64,000 nucleotides of DNA from assembly GCA_964534365.1 (NCBI GenBank), contig CAZHOI010000001.1:188171-252170 (forward strand), written 5' to 3'. Positions within the stretch are counted from its first letter, which is position 1. Each line of letters opens with the position of its first letter. Below the pieces are notes generated by a model. The model saw only the letters and a program-made list of their open reading frames with translations, was not told where the DNA came from and did not search any database. Origin of the DNA: an uncultured Candidatus Saccharibacteria bacterium (GTDB taxonomy: Bacteria; Patescibacteriota; Minisyncoccia; Phycocordibacterales; SW-6-46-9). The position numbers and the translations under genes are program-made. This document shows, one piece after another, positions 36,821 to 46,012 of this stretch.

Positions 36821-37102
36821 TTATTCTAGCAGACGAGCTAATCGCAATAAAAATTCTCGCTTGTCTGCAGTAGTCAAAAATACTGCTGCCAGATTTGCGT
36901 TTGAGGTCAACATTTCATTATTGTTTTCTAGATGGCTATTCAATTGTATGGGCTCTTCACCTCCAACCACTCCTTGTGGTTCGGTAAACACACAGGTTTG
37001 ATAAGGGTTATTAAATTGATAGTTTGCCTGACACTGCCAGGCAGCTAGAGCATTGGAACCCAGCAATCCAAATAGAATACTAGCAATTAACAAATACTTC
37101 AT
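36821..37102 (-). CDS. Small secreted Cys-containing hypothetical protein
   Basis: Signal peptide MKYLLIASILFGLLGSNALA. Confidence 0.45.
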   Translation of the reverse strand: MKYLLIASILFGLLGSNALAAWQCQANYQFNNPYQTCVFTEPQGVVGGEEPIQLNSHLENNNEMLTSNANLAAVFLTTADKREFLLRLARLLE

Positions 37103-37189
37103 ATTACTAATTATGAACTTAATTATTGTGGAGTCAAATTACACATCATATCGTGCATTAACTGTTCATCATTATATTTGTGCAAATCG

Positions 37190-38833
37190 CTATTCTTTGA
37201 TCAAAATTAGGGATTGATAAGGCTGCAAACAATCTAGATCATCCGGGATCAATTTAGTAGTAAAATCAGGATTTATAATCTGATATTTACTTAAATTGAT
37301 TCCCAAATTTTCTAATGATCGCTCGCTATTGGAGATGTTGCCCAATAGTAATACCTCATTGTGATTATCAGAATCAGTAAATCTCGAACCCAAGACTGCT
37401 ACTTCGCCTGTATCGATAAACTGATGCTCGCCGCCGAATATAGATTGATAAGTGCTGCGCATCCGACCCAAAAATTTTAACCAATTATAGGCCGAATCTC
37501 GATCAGCTTCGATCAGGTCTACTGTTCTTATCGGTTCGGATGGTTTGGGCAAATTGATTTTTTCAGGTAGTTTTTCAGCCCCGTATTCGCTAAATCCGTA
37601 AAATGGCTGCTGCTTGACCCAACCCATTGTTGTTCTGACTGACGCCCTTTCATCCAGATCAATATTATCAGCCAGACCAATTTCATCGCCATAAAATATC
37701 ACCGGTGAGCCGGGCAAGAAAAACAACACACTATAAATTGACTTCATTTTTGCCTCGTCATAGTCAAACAATGGCCCTAGACGTCGACTAATTCCCCGTC
37801 CGTAACTACGGGCTTTTTCTTCGGGATCAAAATGATCTAGCACTTCATCTTGTTCGTCATCAGATAATTTGCTGGTATTAAATTCGTCGTGATTACGGAT
37901 AAAATTAAACCAAACATTTTTGTCAGTAAATGGCATGTCTTGTAATGCATTAATAAACTGCTGCGTATTTTCGCGAACATATGCCAGTAGTAAATGTTGG
38001 TTGACGTAAAAGTTTAAATTACCGAAAATGCCGTATCCGTCGTGTTTTTCCAAATCCTTAAAATATTTTTTGAAAGCATCCAAATCTAGATCAGTCTCGC
38101 CGAAAAATAAAAATTGGCGATCATAGGTAGATTCCAGATCACGGTGAAGATCGGCAAAAAACTGGTGCCCGTCTTCGAAATTATCTTGCGCTGCCCCAAC
38201 CCGGTCGTAAAACATGTAATTAACCGCATCAATTCTAAATCCATCAGTTCCAAGCGAAGCCCAAAAATCAAAAATGTTTTTTATTTCATTATGAACGTCT
38301 GGATTACGCAAATTCAAATCTGGTTGGAAAGAATAGAAACTATGGTGATAATATCGGCCGGATCGCTCGTCAAATTGCCACGGACCGTGCTCGTCACCGG
38401 GAAAAGCCGCTCGCGAATCAGACTGGTAATCTGGCTGGTCACGCCAAATATAGTAATTGGAAAACTTGGATTTATCATTCATGCGCCCAGCCTGGAACCA
38501 ATGGTGGATATTAGAAGTATGATGAATCACCATATCGATGAACACTTTTATATCACGACTGTGTGCTTGCTCGATTAATTCAATATAGTCACTAAGGTCT
38601 CCTAGACGTGAGTCAACCGAAAAATAGTCAACAATATCATAACCATTATCGCGCCACTGCGACGGATAAAAGGGTAGCAACCAAATTGCCTTGACCCCCA
38701 TTGATTTCAAATAGTCTAGTTCCGAAATCACTCCCCCTATATCACCATACCCGTCAGCGTTCGAGTCCTTGAAATATTTGACATCAATTTGATAAACAAA
38801 TTCATTTTGCCACCTGTCGCGATTATTTGGCAT
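37190..38833 (-). CDS. GH13 alpha-amylase family glycoside hydrolase
   Basis: GH13 regions: GVKAIWLLPFYPS...DNGYDIVDY, GFRIDAVNY (catalytic Asp), GETD (Glu), FIRNHDE. Confidence 0.8.
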   Translation of the reverse strand: MPNNRDRWQNEFVYQIDVKYFKDSNADGYGDIGGVISELDYLKSMGVKAIWLLPFYPSQWRDNGYDIVDYFSVDSRLGDLSDYIELIEQAHSRDIKVFIDMVIHHTSNIHHWFQAGRMNDKSKFSNYYIWRDQPDYQSDSRAAFPGDEHGPWQFDERSGRYYHHSFYSFQPDLNLRNPDVHNEIKNIFDFWASLGTDGFRIDAVNYMFYDRVGAAQDNFEDGHQFFADLHRDLESTYDRQFLFFGETDLDLDAFKKYFKDLEKHDGYGIFGNLNFYVNQHLLLAYVRENTQQFINALQDMPFTDKNVWFNFIRNHDEFNTSKLSDDEQDEVLDHFDPEEKARSYGRGISRRLGPLFDYDEAKMKSIYSVLFFLPGSPVIFYGDEIGLADNIDLDERASVRTTMGWVKQQPFYGFSEYGAEKLPEKINLPKPSEPIRTVDLIEADRDSAYNWLKFLGRMRSTYQSIFGGEHQFIDTGEVAVLGSRFTDSDNHNEVLLLGNISNSERSLENLGINLSKYQIINPDFTTKLIPDDLDCLQPYQSLILIKE

Positions 38834-38835
38834 AA

Positions 38836-39042
38836 TTAACTTTTAGGATGCCATTGATCATTGTCCCCTTTTTCATATTTATTTTTTACCGCTGACCAGG
38901 CAGTCGCGTGCGCCCTGGATTCATCATCATATTGTTGTGCGGCGGAATTAAAGGCTTCTTTATAAATATCCTGCGCATGCGGAACATTTGACAGTGCATT
39001 TTGCACGTCATCGGGTAAGTCGTTTGTTGAGTTATAAGGCAT
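38836..39042 (-). CDS. ChaB-family small protein
   Basis: LPDDVQNALSNVPHAQDIYKEAFNSA...AWSAVKNKYEK matches ChaB. Confidence 0.6.
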   Translation of the reverse strand: MPYNSTNDLPDDVQNALSNVPHAQDIYKEAFNSAAQQYDDESRAHATAWSAVKNKYEKGDNDQWHPKS

Positions 39043-39909
39043 TAATCAAATTGTACAGAAATTTCAAACTGTATGCTAGCTAAATCTCTGATTTATGTTG
39101 TAATTATAAATTAATTACTTAAAATAGTACTAGCCTCGAGAAGTCCTCGAGCACGTACCTCACCCTCTCTCGCTCTGTCACCCATGAATACTAGCCTGAT
39201 CGCAGATTTGATCTGTAGACGCTCTAGACGTCAAACCCTACCCAGTAGGTTTGATCCAGATAAAATTCATGTCTTTGAAATTCTACCGATTGAACACAGT
39301 ATTCGGAGTTCTAGCTCTGGCACCAGATTTATCAGGTTCCGACTATGGATTCCCCATAGCAAATCTGTAGACAAAAGAGTCAAAATTCAACATTGCGACA
39401 ACGGCATTACCCCCGTCAACTTCTTTTTCACTCTAAATGGTACTGTTAGAGGAATGAACAGAATACAATTAATCGTTCCGTCTTTTGGCAGGACTTTCGT
39501 TGTGGCCATAAATAATGAGGTTATAGCCGAGCTACTTCACAATGGCTGAGGGCAGAGGGTGCAGCGCACATCAGCGTTGTACCCTCTTTTTATTAAAAAA
39601 ATTGGCCCGACGCTCCTACTACATGACGCAGTAAGATTGCCGGGCCCAGACAGTCTGTTTAGATCAGTGGTGGTAACCTTCCCCTAGATATAAAAAGAGT
39701 GACCTGAACAGACTGCCCCGTGGTGGTACCTGTTCGACCGTTGAGGGTCGAGGATTAGTATATATTAAAATGCTTAACTTCATTTGTCAAGTAACCATTG
39801 ATCTTTAATTCAATCCTTCACTAAGTGGATAAACTTGAAAAAATTCCATTATTTGTCCTATATTATATACAGACTCATTCGCTGGCCTTCCACCTAAACC
39901 CCTCCTGCC

Positions 39910-40377
39910 ATGTGCACGCTCACCGGAAAAGTTGGTTCATTCGGCCAAATACCTGTGGCCTCTCGTGACCAAGGATTGATTCTTGATTCACTTTCTTTTA
40001 AATCGTTTGGTTTTATCGCCCGATTATTAAAACAATTGGGTTATCATCTTTTGGACGATCGTGAAAACCCACTATACGCCGACCGCAAGCACGGCTGGCT
40101 ATATATTTATGGAGACAAAGAACCCTTGATTGGCATTACTTGTGACACCTTAAAGCTTAGTAATACAAGTAGCGTTGACGTGGTTGTTCTACAGTATCCA
40201 TCAATGGCACGTAAGCCTCATTTAGTTTACGTCAAAAGCCAGTCCGTTGTATTGCAACCTTTCTCGATACCTGGACACGAAATTAGCCTGGTTGAAAAAG
40301 GTCGTAAAGTAGCATCCTATCCTCACCGAACACTATACTTGCCCAGTGATTTGCAGAGGGTGGAGTATCATGACTAA
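39910..40377 (+). CDS. Hypothetical protein
   Basis: 155-aa ORF followed by a strong terminator. Confidence 0.45.
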   Translation: MCTLTGKVGSFGQIPVASRDQGLILDSLSFKSFGFIARLLKQLGYHLLDDRENPLYADRKHGWLYIYGDKEPLIGITCDTLKLSNTSSVDVVVLQYPSMARKPHLVYVKSQSVVLQPFSIPGHEISLVEKGRKVASYPHRTLYLPSDLQRVEYHD

Positions 40378-40393
40378 ATAGGTAACCCACCAC

Positions 40394-40437
40394 ACTCCGC
40401 CTTGACAATTAATATTCAAGGCGGAGTTCTTTTTTTC
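40394..40437 (+). terminator. Rho-independent terminator
   Basis: ACTCCGCCTTG-loop-CAAGGCGGAGT followed by TCTTTTTTT. Confidence 0.7.
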
Positions 40438-40493
40438 ATAAAAATAACCCCTGGCAGCAATCAAACTGCAACAGGGGTCTTAATTTGAGACCA

Positions 40494-40889
40494 TTACGCC
40501 TCTTCCATATATACCACAAATTTTTTTCCAATTGTTTGTGGTCCGATCAAAGGCAGCTCTTTTGGATTCACAAACCAGAGTCTTGATTTTTTGAACCAAG
40601 AAATCCAAAGACGTTGCCACCAACTCATGTTTCTAGTGAGTTGATGATAATACTTTTTACGGTACCAAAAATAGATACCCTGTGCTGCCTTGAAATAATC
40701 ACCTAGATTATTTGGCCTAGGTCTGACTCTTCCAAGCATTACTTCTGTGTTATCAAGTTCAGCTACAATTACATGCCCAGTTAAGTTAGATGATTTCGTA
40801 TGTAGTAAACTGATATATTTTGAAGCAGTATCAATTTTAACAGTTATTGTATGTTTTACTTTTTGTGAAGCCTTAGAGGAGATTAGCAT
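40494..40889 (-). CDS. Hypothetical basic protein
   Basis: 131-aa ORF; hairpin CCCCTGGCAG...CTGCAACAGGGG lies downstream on the minus strand. Confidence 0.4.
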   Translation of the reverse strand: MLISSKASQKVKHTITVKIDTASKYISLLHTKSSNLTGHVIVAELDNTEVMLGRVRPRPNNLGDYFKAAQGIYFWYRKKYYHQLTRNMSWWQRLWISWFKKSRLWFVNPKELPLIGPQTIGKKFVVYMEEA

Positions 40890-40999
40890 GCCTTTATTGG
40901 CTAGTGAGAAGGAACGACTAGATGCAAGCTTAACTAAAAATACACCCCTTTTGCAAGTGATTGTTATCAGCCGTGGTTTTAAAAACTAGATTCTATTGA

Positions 41000-41713
41000 T
41001 TAAACAATTGGGCGTATCTTGATATAGCGATTTTTCCACGATCGCAGGAATTGATCGGTGTCCAGGGTTCGATTACCAGACAGCTCGGCCGGGTCACTAT
41101 AGGTAATGGTATTATCATCATTAACCGCCGAAATCACCACCAAATGTGGAATCGGATTAGCGGGGTCAAACGTATAATGGACCGATGCCATAACTGGTCC
41201 GTTTTCCAGCTCGACCGCTAGATCATTCAGAGCTTGTTGTTTGTCAGCTGACAACCAAACTGTTTCGCCATCTAGACCATGTTCATTAGCCAGCGCTATT
41301 AATCCTGCATGCGACCATCCAACCGCGTCATTAAATGCCCCGGCTGCTAGACCACGCTGCAGCAAATCATCTGGTGTAACGGGATCAGTAAAGTAATCAA
41401 TCAACATTGCCAAACTAGCCACCCCACAGCTAACCCCGCGCCACTCTGCTGCGGTGATATCACTAAATTGCGAATAAAATGGTACGGAAGAAATTTCAAT
41501 ACCCTTATCTATGGCGGCGTTTAAAGTTTGATCAAATGACAATTCGTCAACAAAAGGTTGCGCCTCGGCATTCGGTTGCAATAATGCAGCAGCTTGATAA
41601 TTAGTAGCCAAATATAAACCAGCCACATTTGTCAGGGCAATTGAACCTAGCAAAAATCCGGATACCGCACCTCGTTTTTTTAATTTTCGAACCCCCAAAT
41701 TGGTGTTTCGCAT
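41000..41713 (-). CDS. Secreted papain-like (C39-like) cysteine peptidase domain protein
   Basis: N-terminal signal/TM; GVSCGVASLAMLIDYF contains the catalytic-Cys context of the Peptidase_C39-like family. Confidence 0.6.
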   Translation of the reverse strand: MRNTNLGVRKLKKRGAVSGFLLGSIALTNVAGLYLATNYQAAALLQPNAEAQPFVDELSFDQTLNAAIDKGIEISSVPFYSQFSDITAAEWRGVSCGVASLAMLIDYFTDPVTPDDLLQRGLAAGAFNDAVGWSHAGLIALANEHGLDGETVWLSADKQQALNDLAVELENGPVMASVHYTFDPANPIPHLVVISAVNDDNTITYSDPAELSGNRTLDTDQFLRSWKNRYIKIRPIV

Positions 41714-41773
41714 TTAGTTTACACTACCACAAATTGGGGTATTGACGTCTAGTATATATTATTATTTAATATA

Positions 41774-42712
41774 TTAATCTTGTACTACTACTTTGGTTCC
41801 CAACACTGCCCAATCGTATAGTTTCTTGGCATCTTCGGGTCGTAAATTTACACAGCCATGTGATTCACGTGATCCAAATTCATTATGCCAATAGGCCCCG
41901 TGTATTACTGCTCCATCATAGGTAAAATACAAATCCCATGGCACCCCTGGTAAGTCATATTCATCGGTTAATCCTGAACCTGGAATTGGACCCTGCATGT
42001 AGCGTGTAGGCATTTTTTTAAACACTTCAAATTCACCAACCCTGGTTGGCGATAGTTCTTCACCAGTCGATACTACTACTTTCATAAACTCGGCATCGCC
42101 TTGATAAGCGGTCAGGGTCTGATCTGATCGATCAATCACAATCTTTTTATCGGTTTGTTTGGCTCCATCTTCCCATTCAGTTACCGGCTTTTCTTCTATA
42201 AATTGTCGTACATACGGGGCTGCCACCCATTGCTCGGACTCGACTCTTTCTGGGTAATATAGTTTTTGATTGTCAAAGGATACCCGATACCAATCCATAC
42301 CATCCTCTGATTTAGCTGTTTCTACCACCCTTAATACCATGCCGGTTCGATACCGATCAACAATAGCAAAATCCGATCCGGGTCCAGAACGAACATTCAA
42401 ACAATCGTTCTGGAAGTTATAATCACAACCATCAATCACCTCGATATAAACTCCTTCATCTTCAGGGGTTTCTGGTATCGAGGCGGTAGTGTCAAACCTA
42501 TCATCACGAGAATTGATTGTATTAAACCGCGCATTATTTTCTGTTTCATTAGATAAAGCTTGGTTAACCTGGACTTCACTGCTATTAGCTAGTTGAGAAG
42601 TTGCAGACGTATTAGCAACCGTGTTTGTTTCATTACTAAATACACCAAATCCAACAACTGCTATAGCTGCCACTACTAATAATCCGGGTCCAAAAAATTT
42701 ATTCATGTTCAT
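41774..42712 (-). CDS. L,D-transpeptidase (YkuD) with SH3b-like domain
   Basis: Catalytic motif SHGCVNLR; signal peptide. Confidence 0.8.
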   Translation of the reverse strand: MNMNKFFGPGLLVVAAIAVVGFGVFSNETNTVANTSATSQLANSSEVQVNQALSNETENNARFNTINSRDDRFDTTASIPETPEDEGVYIEVIDGCDYNFQNDCLNVRSGPGSDFAIVDRYRTGMVLRVVETAKSEDGMDWYRVSFDNQKLYYPERVESEQWVAAPYVRQFIEEKPVTEWEDGAKQTDKKIVIDRSDQTLTAYQGDAEFMKVVVSTGEELSPTRVGEFEVFKKMPTRYMQGPIPGSGLTDEYDLPGVPWDLYFTYDGAVIHGAYWHNEFGSRESHGCVNLRPEDAKKLYDWAVLGTKVVVQD

Positions 42713-42759
42713 TACCTTAATATAACAAAAATGTACCTATTGTACAAACTGGCAAAATG

Positions 42760-43110
42760 CTATCGATTTTGGTGCCATTTGGTCAACAATAACTTGGCAG
42801 CTAGCTGCGCCCGAACTGCCATAATCTGATTTTCACTATTTTGCAGCTGCAGCAGTTTTTGCAACAAATCTTGACCGGCCTGGCCTCCTTGAATAGGAAT
42901 CATCCGTGGATCATTGTCTTCAATTCGAATAACCTCCTTTTCACCATCATCCTGCAATCCCTCGGCCCCATCACCAATACCACAATCAGTATCAGCACAA
43001 TAAACTGGTTGCCCGTTAACATATCCATCTGGTTGAGGGGTTTGCGCACTAGCAGTAAATCCAAACGATAGGATAGTAAAAGCTAGTAACAATGTAGTAA
43101 TCATTTTCAT
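42760..43110 (-). CDS. Small secreted hypothetical protein
   Basis: Signal peptide MKMITTLLLAFTILSFGFTASA. Confidence 0.45.
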   Translation of the reverse strand: MKMITTLLLAFTILSFGFTASAQTPQPDGYVNGQPVYCADTDCGIGDGAEGLQDDGEKEVIRIEDNDPRMIPIQGGQAGQDLLQKLLQLQNSENQIMAVRAQLAAKLLLTKWHQNR

Positions 43111-43235
43111 AATCTATATTGTAGCTGACAAATTGTCATTTGACTATTGCTTGATTGAGAGGAATCTATCATTATAATTGCAATCTGACCCCTCAATAAC
43201 GAGGGCGCTCGCTCGTTCTACCACCCCCCAACTCC

Positions 43236-43742
43236 ATGCGTTTGCGCATCCCCGATCCTCAAGTAGCCCTAGATTCAATTCCAACCAAATCAATTCTCCC
43301 TCACTTTCCCGGCTGTAGCAGAATTGAAAGTCGCGGCGGTTTACGATTTAGCTTAGATCAACATGCCGTAGCTGCTTTGCAAGGACTAGACCAGCGACCC
43401 GTGACCAAGCCTATTGTTTGGCTGACGTTTTTTCAAATCAACCTTCAGGGTGAACAAGCTCTGATGGTTATTGGGAAAGTCAGCTACCTTCAAAATGGCC
43501 AGCAAAAAGAACAAGTTGCCCTGCCAACCAAACCCACTCGGTTGACCATGGGTGACTTGCGTCAAAAGCTGGGACCAAAGCATACTGCGGCGATTAGTGG
43601 GTTGCTGTCACGAGACACTAGCTACCAAATATCGCTAGGAGGAAACGGTCAGCTAAACCAGAGGCGAATCAGTGTGATCATAGATCCGCCTAGCTACGAG
43701 CAGAAGCAAATAGAGCTTGACTACAAGCTCGGCTCTAGCTAA
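43236..43742 (+). CDS. Hypothetical protein in a GC-enriched atypical segment
   Basis: 168-aa ORF with GC-rich codon usage unlike its neighbours; a terminator follows. Confidence 0.4.
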   Translation: MRLRIPDPQVALDSIPTKSILPHFPGCSRIESRGGLRFSLDQHAVAALQGLDQRPVTKPIVWLTFFQINLQGEQALMVIGKVSYLQNGQQKEQVALPTKPTRLTMGDLRQKLGPKHTAAISGLLSRDTSYQISLGGNGQLNQRRISVIIDPPSYEQKQIELDYKLGSS

Positions 43743-43766
43743 CTCATATGGCCAGTTTGATGATTG

Positions 43767-43810
43767 GGCCCGCCTGGTTTCCTAACCCGGAACTAGGCGG
43801 CTTTTATTTT
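43767..43810 (+). terminator. Rho-independent terminator
   Basis: GCCCGCCTGG...CTAGGCGGGC followed by TTTTATTTT. Confidence 0.6.
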
Positions 43811-43859
43811 ACAAGCTTATTTTATATAGTATTAATTAGATCACCAGCCAATCTGCAAG

Positions 43860-44081
43860 ATGCAGTCTCTCAGACTTGATCCGGGACAAGAACTTCCATT
43901 CGACAGAGGAATTTTGATGGGACAACCTGACGGTCGGATTTCGTTAACAACTGTGTACGGCGCCACCGTTGCCAACCGCCCGGCTGATAGCCTGGTTCTG
44001 GACCTGACTGAAACCGGTTCTTTTACCCTTGTTGGCTTGCCAGGTTATGAGCAGCCATACAACCTGGGCAATTTGTCCTAA
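43860..44081 (+). CDS. Hypothetical small protein, GC-enriched
   Basis: 73-aa ORF between two terminators. Confidence 0.35.
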   Translation: MQSLRLDPGQELPFDRGILMGQPDGRISLTTVYGATVANRPADSLVLDLTETGSFTLVGLPGYEQPYNLGNLS

Positions 44082-44082
44082 A

Positions 44083-44112
44083 AAAACCCCTCATCAAGTG
44101 AGGGGTTAATCT
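44083..44112. terminator. Bidirectional terminator
   Basis: AAAAAAACCCCTCA-TCAAG-TGAGGGGTT followed by a T-rich tract; sits between convergent genes. Confidence 0.55.
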
Positions 44113-44134
44113 TTATTATTAGACTGACTAACGA

Positions 44135-45037
44135 CTATTCACCGTCTTCGATTTCTAGATCAATAACTTCAAAACCTTCATTTAATTCAGCTTCGCCCGC
44201 GCGCCCATCAGATAATAGGAACTCTACTTCGTAGCCATCACCTTCACGCTCGACCTCAATGACTTCGGCGTCATCTTCATTTTCTTCATCCTCTAAATAA
44301 TCTAGTACTGCGTCCTTGGCGGCTTCATATTCTTCATCAGTTACTTCGGCATCATCTTCGACTTCATCTTCTTCGTCATCTGATTCCTCGACCTCAACAA
44401 TTTCAAAATCATTGTTTAACTCAACCTCGACTTCATCGCCATTTTCGCGACGAACTTCTGCTTCGTACCCGTTATCGTCACGCTCGACACCTAATACTTC
44501 TACATCTTCATCGCGGTAATATTCTACTACCGCTGATTCGACCATTTCAATCTCTTCGTCAGTCAATTTATCACTATCATCCTGATCATCGTAATCGTCG
44601 TTCTCTTCATCGTCCTCTTCATCGTCATTTTGCAATTCATCGCGCTGATCACGTAGATCATCGCGCATCGTATCTGGTGAAGTCAGCATCATTAACAATA
44701 ATTCCAAGAAAGTTTGTTTCTGTTCAACGGATAGCTGTGAGTTCTGAATAATTCGGAATAGCGACACAAATTGTCCCGGCGCAATTTTATTCATTCCCCG
44801 CCTTTTATCTTTCACTTTTTTACCAGTCCATTTCTTATTTTTTAAATTTTCATCATCGTTACCTTCTTCTATCATTTCATCATGGTCCTGAGAAACATCA
44901 GTTTGGACATCAGCACTACGATTGGGTCCGCGGTTATAGCCCTCACGATGCGTGGCTTGAACCGGCAGTGAACCCGTTAACAAAAAGACTGCTAATACCA
45001 GTAATGATAATAATTTATTTATTTTAATTTTTTTCAT
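44135..45037 (-). CDS. Secreted acidic protein with PepSY-like repeats
   Basis: Signal peptide; repeated ...DDNGYEAEVRRENGDEVEVEL... and ...EGDGYEVEFLLSDGRAGEAEL... PepSY-like units. Confidence 0.65.
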   Translation of the reverse strand: MKKIKINKLLSLLVLAVFLLTGSLPVQATHREGYNRGPNRSADVQTDVSQDHDEMIEEGNDDENLKNKKWTGKKVKDKRRGMNKIAPGQFVSLFRIIQNSQLSVEQKQTFLELLLMMLTSPDTMRDDLRDQRDELQNDDEEDDEENDDYDDQDDSDKLTDEEIEMVESAVVEYYRDEDVEVLGVERDDNGYEAEVRRENGDEVEVELNNDFEIVEVEESDDEEDEVEDDAEVTDEEYEAAKDAVLDYLEDEENEDDAEVIEVEREGDGYEVEFLLSDGRAGEAELNEGFEVIDLEIEDGE

Positions 45038-45393
45038 TATATAAATATTATACACGTATAAATACAAAAACCCCTGGGTTTCCTAGCAAAGTCAGCAGGC
45101 AGCACAATCGGCTTGCGACTAACTTGGCTAGAATACCAAAGGAGTTTGTGGAAGTGCATTGCTGCACCGTGCTTTAACCGGGTCCTCTCCCTGGTCTTTC
45201 AACCATAACCCAATCAAACTTAGCAACCGTCCCACGGGTTGAACACGGTCAAGGTTTCCGGGGGGTTAAACCTTGACTCCAGCTATAATTTATAGTTATT
45301 TAACTGGTTTTGCAACCATATTAGTAACTTTAAAAACCATTTGAAAGTGGTTTTTAAAGGCTTATTTTGCTTTTATAACTCTAGTAAGAGCTA

Positions 45394-45852
45394 TTATTCA
45401 GCCGGAATTACCAATTTCTGACCCGGATAAATCTCATCAGGATCTTTCAGCATTGGCCGATTAGCCTCGAATATTTGTGGGTATTTGCTGGCATCACCAT
45501 ATACTTCGGCAGCAATACCGGACAAGGTATCGCCTGATTGAACCTCGTAATAGCGAACTCGATCATCTGCAACTTCATTATCATTATCATCAACTACTTG
45601 GATCAGATCGTTTACTCGCTCGACGCCTTCAATATTTCCGATTGTTGCCACAATTCGCTTGCGCTCCAGCATACTGTCAACTTGGCCCTGGACCGTTACC
45701 GTATCATCGCCATCGAATACTGCTTTTATGTCATTGGTTCGCAAATTAAAGTTCTGCAAATGCTGGTAAACTGCATTGGCCTTTTCCTCGGCCGAGGCCT
45801 CGCGTCCGAATAATTTCTTGCCCGCGCCCTTTATGAAATCTAGTAGTGCCAT
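45394..45852 (-). CDS. BON + LysM domain protein (Kbp/YgaU-like)
   Basis: C-terminal LysM (YYEVQSGDTLSGIAAEVYGDASKYPQIFEANRPML) and central BON-like segment. Confidence 0.75.
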   Translation of the reverse strand: MALLDFIKGAGKKLFGREASAEEKANAVYQHLQNFNLRTNDIKAVFDGDDTVTVQGQVDSMLERKRIVATIGNIEGVERVNDLIQVVDDNDNEVADDRVRYYEVQSGDTLSGIAAEVYGDASKYPQIFEANRPMLKDPDEIYPGQKLVIPAE

Positions 45853-45923
45853 AGTTTATATTATTACTTAGTATCACTATATTATATCAAATTGTACGTT
45901 TTGAACAATAGCTTAACCCCAAT

Positions 45924-45948
45924 GGTGCCAGGGACAGTTGCGTTTATC
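45924..45948 (+). repeat. Solo REP-like element GGTGCCAGGGACAGTTGCGTTTATC
   Basis: Same family as the repeats flanking the RAYT gene at 47.0-47.8 kb. Confidence 0.55.
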
Positions 45949-46012
45949 GGTACCGCCGTTTGGATCAGTAAAAAACCTGCTAGATAAGAATATTTTACTT
46001 AATTTTAAGATT

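Noticed and set aside
39184-39549. 121-aa ORF inside the GC-enriched segment
   Set aside because: Codon usage (frequent AGA, CTA, AGG) is unlike any confident gene here and there is no motif; it is treated as non-coding, possibly an ncRNA or decayed DNA.
39100-39800. Possible RNase P RNA or tmRNA
   Set aside because: There are fragments of similarity (GGGTGCAGCGCAC; GATTGCCGGGCCCAGACAG), but the key conserved blocks (GGAAAGTCCGGGCTCC, GGGTGAAA; tmRNA GGGG...GATTCGACGGG and a tag ORF ending AA-TAA) are absent or in the wrong order. It is left as an unassigned candidate.
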